Part shown: piece by piece, positions 58,354-64,000 of the stretch | How the letters are laid out: every line of letters starts with the position of its first letter | How positions within the stretch are numbered: position 1 is the stretch's first letter | IMG/VR virus record: IMGVR_UViG_3300036830_000438 | Coordinates: 3,156 to 67,155 of that record | From: a virus | Strand: one strand, 5' to 3' | DNA length: 64,000 bases | Translations under genes and position numbers: made by a program | Notes under the pieces: model-generated | What the model was told of the DNA's origin: nothing | The model's input: only the letters and a program-made list of their open reading frames with translations | Database searches by the model: none

Positions 58354-58866
58354 ATGAACGCGACGACTCCGCGCGACAAGACGCGCACGAAGCAGGACTA
58401 CCGGACCCCGCCGGAGTTCATCCGCGCCGTCGAGAAACGCTTCGGGCAAATCGTGCTCGACCTCGCTGCGAAAGACGGCGACGAGTGCAAGCCGCTTCTC
58501 GCGCACATCACGCCCGAAGAGGATTCGCTCGTCACCCCGTGGCCGACGACACGGCACTCGTCGGGCGTCTATTTCCTGAATCCGCCGTTCGCGGACATCG
58601 CGCCGTGGGCTGCGAAGTGCGCCGCGTGGCGTCGTGAGGGAGCGCCCGGCGTTGTGACAGCGCTCCTCGTGCCGGCGTCCGTCGATGCGGAGTGGTGGTC
58701 CGCGAGCGTGCGCGGCGCGGCGATCACGTATGCGTGCAAGTCGCGCATCAAGTTCCTCGGCGCTGAGGACGGCTACCCGAAGCCGCTCGCGCTTTGTGTG
58801 TTCGATCCGCGTCACTTCCCGACGAGCGCGTGCTTGCACCTTTGGGACTGGAAGGCGGACGCGTGA
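58354..58866 (+). CDS. Phage Dam-like N6-adenine DNA methyltransferase
   Basis: YRTP, LDLAA, NPPF, LVPA...WW and RIKF motifs. Confidence 0.85.
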   Translation: MNATTPRDKTRTKQDYRTPPEFIRAVEKRFGQIVLDLAAKDGDECKPLLAHITPEEDSLVTPWPTTRHSSGVYFLNPPFADIAPWAAKCAAWRREGAPGVVTALLVPASVDAEWWSASVRGAAITYACKSRIKFLGAEDGYPKPLALCVFDPRHFPTSACLHLWDWKADA

Positions 58867-59417
58867 CGCACGCCGAGCTCGTCTCGCGCGCGCAGCGCTG
58901 GGTTCGATCGCGGCGATATCCCATCGTGCTCGCGGATGTGCACACGACGACGACGACCGAACAGCCCGACGTGATCGGATTCCGCACGGGCGGCGACACG
59001 CTTCTCGTCGAGTGCAAGGCCTCGCGCGCCGACTTTCGCCGCGACGCGGCGAAGTATTTCCGCCGTGCGCCCGAGCACGGCATGGGCTATTTCCGCTGGT
59101 ATTTCGCTCCGGCCGACGTGATCCCCGTCGACGCGCTGCCGGCCGGCTGGGGGCTCGTCGAACTCAACGCGCGCGGCGGGCTCGGCATCCTCCGCAACGC
59201 GCAGCCGTGCTTCACGCGCGATCTGACGAGTGAAGGCAGGCTCCTCGTGACGGCGCTGAGGCGCGCGACCGAGGGCTGGGGTCGCGGCATGTTTGGCGAC
59301 ATCGCGCCACGCGTCGTCGATGGCGATCCGCACCCGAGCGCCTCACGAACCATTCGCGAGCTCCGCGCGGAGAACGAGCGTCTGCGTTCCTTGCTTCGCG
59401 ATCGAGGTGGCGCGTGA
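58863..59417 (+). CDS. PD-(D/E)xK-like nuclease-fold protein (MmcB-like)
   Basis: EQPDVIG...VECKASRADFRRD...P..WGL. Confidence 0.6.
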   Translation: MTHAELVSRAQRWVRSRRYPIVLADVHTTTTTEQPDVIGFRTGGDTLLVECKASRADFRRDAAKYFRRAPEHGMGYFRWYFAPADVIPVDALPAGWGLVELNARGGLGILRNAQPCFTRDLTSEGRLLVTALRRATEGWGRGMFGDIAPRVVDGDPHPSASRTIRELRAENERLRSLLRDRGGA

Positions 59418-60613
59418 CGGACAACGTCATCCACCTGCCGGTCATCCAGCCGACACGAGAGCAGACGCGCTCGCGTCGGAAGCGCGTCGTGCGCGCGAAG
59501 GTCGAGTCGATGAAGCGCATCACCAAGGGCGTCTTGTCGTTCGACAAGATGCTCGCGGACGCGATCTACGAGGAGCTCGGGCCGATCGATCGCCCACGCA
59601 CGCGTGACGACTGCGCCGGCGGCGAGCGTCCCTGCCCGTTCGTTTCGTGCGCGCACCACCTCTATCTCGAGGTCACCGACAAGGGCGCGGTGAAGTACGT
59701 GTTTCCCGACGTCGCGCCCGACGCACTCGAGCGTTTGCCAGCAACGTGCGCGCTCGATGTGGCGGACGACGGCGGGGCGACGCTGGAGCGAACGGGCGAG
59801 CTGATGAACCTGACGCGCGAACGCGTGCGGCAACTCGAGGTCAGCGCCGCCGGGGACTTCATCGCGAAGTGGAAGGCGTTCGGCTTCTCCGCCGACCCCG
59901 ATCAGTTCGTGGTGCATCGCGAGGGCGCCCTCGCCACGCTCATCAGCGGCCGCACGCTCGCCGTCGCGCCTGACCTCGTCGAGGACGAGGAAGACGCGGA
60001 GCCTGACGTTGCGCCTCGCGCGATCTGGGACCTTCGACGCGACGAGACGCGTGAGCGCGAGCAGTCGGCTCAGAACGCGGTTTTTCGCGCGTACATCAAC
60101 GACTCGATCGCCCACGGCATCGAGGCGACCGAGGAGCGTTTCGCAGCTCGTCTTGCAACGACCGAACAACGACTCGCCGCATGGAAGGCGAAGAACGTGG
60201 AGCAGATCATGTTGAGTCCGTCACGCATCGAAGAAGTGTTCGCAGAGGTCGAGCGCGGCGAGGATCGCGCGACGGCGATCGCCGAGAAGCTCGGCCTGTC
60301 CACGTGCACCATGTACCTGAAAACCCTCGCGGAGGAGGACCGCGTTCAGAAGCACGGCAGCGGCCCGCACACGCGTTGGACGCTGCCGGGCGCGATGCCC
60401 AAGGCTGCGGAAAAGCCCGCCCGTAAACCATCGTCAGGACAAAAAAAAACGGCGTCCGTTCCGCGCGTGAAGGTGTCGGACGTCTCCGTCGCGGCGTCGT
60501 TGTCACCCGCGCGCGCGCACGAGTTCACCGTGCGCATCGGAGAGCTTTCGATCGATTGCCGGAGCGCCGAGCAGGTGCGCGAACTCGCGCTGGCGTTCGG
60601 GAAAGCGTCCTGA
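59414..60613 (+). CDS. Sigma70 region-4-like DNA-binding protein with Cys/His motif and extra wHTH
   Basis: RPRTRDDC...RPCPFVSCAHHLYL...TCALDVA...TLE..G..MNLTRERVRQLE. Confidence 0.75.
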   Translation: MTDNVIHLPVIQPTREQTRSRRKRVVRAKVESMKRITKGVLSFDKMLADAIYEELGPIDRPRTRDDCAGGERPCPFVSCAHHLYLEVTDKGAVKYVFPDVAPDALERLPATCALDVADDGGATLERTGELMNLTRERVRQLEVSAAGDFIAKWKAFGFSADPDQFVVHREGALATLISGRTLAVAPDLVEDEEDAEPDVAPRAIWDLRRDETREREQSAQNAVFRAYINDSIAHGIEATEERFAARLATTEQRLAAWKAKNVEQIMLSPSRIEEVFAEVERGEDRATAIAEKLGLSTCTMYLKTLAEEDRVQKHGSGPHTRWTLPGAMPKAAEKPARKPSSGQKKTASVPRVKVSDVSVAASLSPARAHEFTVRIGELSIDCRSAEQVRELALAFGKAS

Positions 60614-60623
60614 TCGGCGCGTG

Positions 60624-60860
60624 ATGAAAGCGACCGCCGGACACCTCCGCCTCGTCCCCAAGCCGCTCGCTTCCGCGCGCGCGCCGGACGAGCACACGTG
60701 GATGCTCGTCCACGTCGGCGAGTTCTACACGAGCATCGTGTGCTCGCGATGCGGTGTCCGTGCGCTCGTCGCGCGTGATGGTGATGGGACGAAGTGTGGT
60801 GTCGGCGCGGACGAGGGCCGCCCGGTGGCGACGACGTGCACAGGGAGGCAATCTCGATGA
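60624..60860 (+). CDS. Small Zn-binding hypothetical protein
   Basis: HTW...CSRCG; coupled to the next gene. Confidence 0.5.
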   Translation: MKATAGHLRLVPKPLASARAPDEHTWMLVHVGEFYTSIVCSRCGVRALVARDGDGTKCGVGADEGRPVATTCTGRQSR

Positions 60861-61804
60861 GCGTCCTACTCGACGACAAGCTTCCGCGTCACCCGAAGAT
60901 CCTCAAGGTCTCTGCGGAGGCCGCGTGGTTTTTCGTCTGCGGGCTTTGTTACTGCCGTGAGCACTCGCCCGACGGGACGATCCCGAACAGCGCGATCGAC
61001 TTCCTCGGCAAGCATCGTCGTCCAAAGGTGCTCGCGAAAGAGCTCGTGGGCGTCGTGCTTTGGGAGCCGCATGAGGACGGGTTTCGCGTGCACGACTACT
61101 TCGATTGGAACCCAACCGCCGAGCAAACGCGCGCGAAGAAAAAGAAGACCGCCGAACGCGTCCAGCGTTGGCGCGATCGCACCTACGGTAACGGCGTTAC
61201 AGAGGCACCGCATAACGGCGTTACTAACGCGTTGGTAACGCCTGAGCGTAACGCCGGTGAAACGGATTCACTCACAGTTCCGTTCCGTTCCGTTCCTCCC
61301 CCTTCGGGGGATCCGCCCGCGACCGTGGCAGGCCAATTGTTCGTGACGGACACCCTGCTCACGGGCGCTGGCGACGAGTTCGTCGAGGCCGTTCGCGTGG
61401 AGGCAAACGCGGTGATCGGCCTGAACAAGCTCATGCGCGAGGACCTGCGCGACGTGCTCAAGCTGGGGTTGAAGCTCTCGACGGCGACATCGTACGAGGG
61501 GCTGGCTTTGTGGCTGCGTTCGAGCGTGGCGGCGTGGCTTCGTGCGTGCGGAACCGACGCGCGGATGCACGGGTCGTACAAGCCGCGCCGCATGCTCGAC
61601 TGGCTGAACGAAGGCGCTCCGAAGTCGTGGACGTTCGAGCGCGGTAACCCGGAGAGGGGCCCGAAGCCGATCCCGCCGCCGCCCGAAATGTCCAAAACGC
61701 AGGTCGCCGAACGTGAGGCATGGGCGCGCGATCGCATCAAGCCCGAGGACGCGAAGAACATCGACATCGAAGCGATCTTCGCGCCGAAAGCGGCAACCCG
61801 ATGA
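60857..61804 (+). CDS. Putative phage replication initiation protein
   Basis: LDD....HPK...GL.YC...DG.IP...LW...DG..VHDY.DWNP N-terminal domain; internal iteron-like repeats. Confidence 0.7.
   Translation: MSVLLDDKLPRHPKILKVSAEAAWFFVCGLCYCREHSPDGTIPNSAIDFLGKHRRPKVLAKELVGVVLWEPHEDGFRVHDYFDWNPTAEQTRAKKKKTAERVQRWRDRTYGNGVTEAPHNGVTNALVTPERNAGETDSLTVPFRSVPPPSGDPPATVAGQLFVTDTLLTGAGDEFVEAVRVEANAVIGLNKLMREDLRDVLKLGLKLSTATSYEGLALWLRSSVAAWLRACGTDARMHGSYKPRRMLDWLNEGAPKSWTFERGNPERGPKPIPPPPEMSKTQVAEREAWARDRIKPEDAKNIDIEAIFAPKAATR
61188..61255. repeat. Iteron-like TAACG repeats (candidate replication origin)
   Basis: GTAACGGCGTTAC, TAACGGCGTTAC, TAACGCGTT and GTAACGCC x2 clustered within the rep gene. Confidence 0.6.
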
Positions 61805-62079
61805 ATCCTCCCGACGCGAACAAGGGTCGCTTCAAGGCGGTCTCGCACCTCGACGACGTGGAGCTCCTCGACCGCGCTCTCGCGCTCGAAAACCTCTCGA
61901 CGGACCAGCGTGCGGCGTTCGCGTCGATGCGCGAAGCGCTCGCGAAGAACGACTCGTTCGTGCTCACTCCACGCCAGCGGCAGTGGGTCGAAGGCCGCAT
62001 GAAGCGCTTCGACGCCATCGCGCTGTCGTCGCTGAAAACCATCCTCGAGGACCTCGACCGAATCGGAGCAAAGCGATGA
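61801..62079 (+). CDS. Hypothetical protein (paralog of 46507-46839)
   Basis: Shared motif; ATGA overlap. Confidence 0.65.
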   Translation: MNPPDANKGRFKAVSHLDDVELLDRALALENLSTDQRAAFASMREALAKNDSFVLTPRQRQWVEGRMKRFDAIALSSLKTILEDLDRIGAKR

Positions 62080-62366
62080 CACCCGACGAAATCATCGACG
62101 AGACCGCGCACCACTTCGGGCTCGAACGTGCCGAGGTCGTCGGGCCATCACGGCGCGCGCCGATCGTGCTCGGGCGTCATGTAGCGATGTTCGCGATCCG
62201 CGAGCGGACGACGGCATCGCTCTGCGACATCGGGAGGTTGATGAACAGGGACCATAAAAGCGTCCTTCATGGCGTTCGAAAGGTTCGCGAATTGTTGAAG
62301 TGCAGCGATCGACGCGTGCAAGACGCGTTGGTCAGCATCGATCGCGCGGCAACGAGGACAGCATGA
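62076..62366 (+). CDS. Stand-alone DnaA C-terminal (domain IV-like) HTH protein
   Basis: II..TA.HFG......G.SR...IV..RHVAM...R..T..SL..IG....RDH.SV.HG..K. Confidence 0.85.
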   Translation: MTPDEIIDETAHHFGLERAEVVGPSRRAPIVLGRHVAMFAIRERTTASLCDIGRLMNRDHKSVLHGVRKVRELLKCSDRRVQDALVSIDRAATRTA

Positions 62367-62851
62367 CCGCGTGGCACGATCGACGAAGTCCGACGTACAC
62401 GTCCTGGCGCGGTATGCGCGAGCGCTGCAACAACCCGAACCACGCGCACTACGACAAGTACGGTGGTCGAGGCATTCGCATCTGCGAGCGCTGGGACACG
62501 TTCGCGAACTTCGTCGCCGACGTCGGGGAGCGTCCGAGCCGAGCGCACACGCTTGATCGCTTTCCGAATCCGGACGGCCACTACGAGCCGAGCAACGTGC
62601 GTTGGGCGACAAAAACGGAGCAGTCGCGCAACCGATCTAACGCACGGCTCCTCACGCACAACGGGCGAACGCAGTCGATCGCCGCGTGGGCCGACGAGGT
62701 CGGTGTTCGATCGGCGACTATTCGGACGCGACTGGACCTTCTCGGCTGGGACATACCGCGCGCTCTAGAGCGCACGTCGGGCAAGCAATCCGCGCGAGCG
62801 ATGAAGGCGTGGGAAACGCGCCGGGCATCACGCGTGTCGGTGCAGCGATGA
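62363..62851 (+). CDS. HNH endonuclease
   Basis: YTSW.GM..RC.NP....Y..YGGRGI.IC.RW..F..F..D.G.RP...TLDR...G.YEP.N.RWAT. Confidence 0.85.
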   Translation: MTAWHDRRSPTYTSWRGMRERCNNPNHAHYDKYGGRGIRICERWDTFANFVADVGERPSRAHTLDRFPNPDGHYEPSNVRWATKTEQSRNRSNARLLTHNGRTQSIAAWADEVGVRSATIRTRLDLLGWDIPRALERTSGKQSARAMKAWETRRASRVSVQR

Positions 62852-63204
62852 CGCGTCGTCAACGATACGTCGCGGCGGACCCGGACGCCGCGTTTCTTCC
62901 GAACGCGATGGCGCTCGTGCGCGCGCACCTCGCGAACACCGTGAATGCGTCCGCGCGGCTCGTGCCGAACCGTCCGATGTGCATGGGCATGCGCGACGGC
63001 GAGATGACGCCGGCGGAGATTTGGACGATCGCCGAGTCGTTCGTCACGCGTCAGACGTGGAGCAACAAGGACGAGGTCCTCGCGACGCTGCGCGCGCATC
63101 TCAAGGTGCGCGTCGGCACCGAGATGGTCACGCTCGAGCGCGCGCAGTCGATCTTGTCAGAGAGCGCCGCCAATTCGTTTGGCGGCTACGCAGGTGGCGA
63201 GTGA
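62848..63204 (+). CDS. Hypothetical protein
   Basis: ATGA overlap. Confidence 0.5.
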   Translation: MTRRQRYVAADPDAAFLPNAMALVRAHLANTVNASARLVPNRPMCMGMRDGEMTPAEIWTIAESFVTRQTWSNKDEVLATLRAHLKVRVGTEMVTLERAQSILSESAANSFGGYAGGE

Positions 63205-63226
63205 TCGCAGGAGAGAGGATTCGACC

Positions 63227-63595
63227 ATGGAAAACGTGACCATCCAAAGCAAACCAGATCCGTACGACGACTGGCGCATCGTGCAGCGCGTGGCCGGCGA
63301 GTTCTTCGTCGGCAAGATGAGCAGCAGCATGATCGGCGCGCTCGCACCGTACTACTCGAGCAAGCAGCACCTCTTTGCGAACGGCGGGCAGATCGGCCAG
63401 GCGAACGTGTTCGAAGCGGGCATGTGCGAATCGCTGCCCATCACGCCCGGCGATGCGGTGATGCGATTGAACGCGCACGCGAACGCCAAGAACATCATCG
63501 CGCAGATCGAAAACTGCGATGCGCAGCGACGCGCGGCCGCGAGTGGTATCGCGCTCGTCGGGGCGAAAGGAGCCCCGCCGGCGCGTCGGTCGTAA
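63227..63595 (+). CDS. Hypothetical protein
   Basis: GAGAGG RBS; phage-like codon usage. Confidence 0.6.
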   Translation: MENVTIQSKPDPYDDWRIVQRVAGEFFVGKMSSSMIGALAPYYSSKQHLFANGGQIGQANVFEAGMCESLPITPGDAVMRLNAHANAKNIIAQIENCDAQRRAAASGIALVGAKGAPPARRS

Positions 63596-63708
63596 CGTGA
63601 AATGACGAACGCCCCGAGGCTCGTGACCTCGAGGCGCTCCAGCACGCGGACTCCGAACCGAGAGCGTGCAATCTACATCGAGCGGGTCTCGATGTCATCC
63701 AGGAGTCG

Positions 63709-64000
63709 ATGATGATGGCCTACGAGACGAAACCGCCGCCGCCGGGTGCAGCGAGGACGTTCACGACCAACGATCGCGACGAGCGCGCCGCGAAACGGCG
63801 CACGTGGCGCCTCACCGGAAAGGAGGTCCAGGACCTGCGGGACTTGTGGACCGGCGTCGGGCTCGCGCTCGGCGTTCGCAGCCCGCACGGGGCGCTCGAG
63901 GTCCGCTTGCTCATGGCGCCGCCGCGCGACGTCGGCGCGCCGCTTCTCGAGGAACTCGACCGCCGCGGCGAATGGGTCGCGGAAGGCGCGCTTCTGCGAA
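63709..64000 (+). CDS. Partial hypothetical protein (runs off window)
   Basis: AGGAG RBS, tandem ATGs, frame open to the window end. Confidence 0.55.
   Translation, partial: MMMAYETKPPPPGAARTFTTNDRDERAAKRRTWRLTGKEVQDLRDLWTGVGLALGVRSPHGALEVRLLMAPPRDVGAPLLEELDRRGEWVAEGALLR

Overview
The whole 64-kb window is one high-GC temperate tailed phage with a contractile (myovirus-type) tail and Mu-like baseplate. I see no host chromosomal genes. Left arm (+ strand, 1-34.6 kb): TerL, portal, scaffold, major capsid, two tRNA genes (a Gly-GCC gene with an odd D-arm and Ala-TGC), neck, sheath, tube, tape measure, baseplate, Gly-rich tail fibres and two reverse-strand morons. It ends in a long lysis-region cassette with holin-like proteins, many lipoproteins, a papain-like peptidase, tiny CxxC proteins and a GH25 endolysin. 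Centre (34.6-36.9 kb): a structured intergenic element, an apparently intact attP ending like a tRNA-Gly 3' end and flanked by 19-bp direct repeats, a tyrosine integrase and an Xis-like gene. This layout suggests the excised/virion form. 36.9-53.3 kb (- strand): early genes, including DUF1643, Lar-like, ASCH, Mom-like, amino- and C5-methyltransferases, HerA-like ATPase, cupin, HNH, and an exonuclease with a putative annealing protein. 53.3-54.7 kb: cI/cro-like switch with two matching promoter/operator boxes. 54.7-64 kb (+): DUF5131, Dam-like MTase, a sigma70-r4 protein of a type I recall from myxobacteria, replication initiator with iteron-like repeats, DnaA-C domain protein and HNH. The host is probably a myxobacterium (inference). 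All family calls come from motif recognition by eye; no database searches were run.
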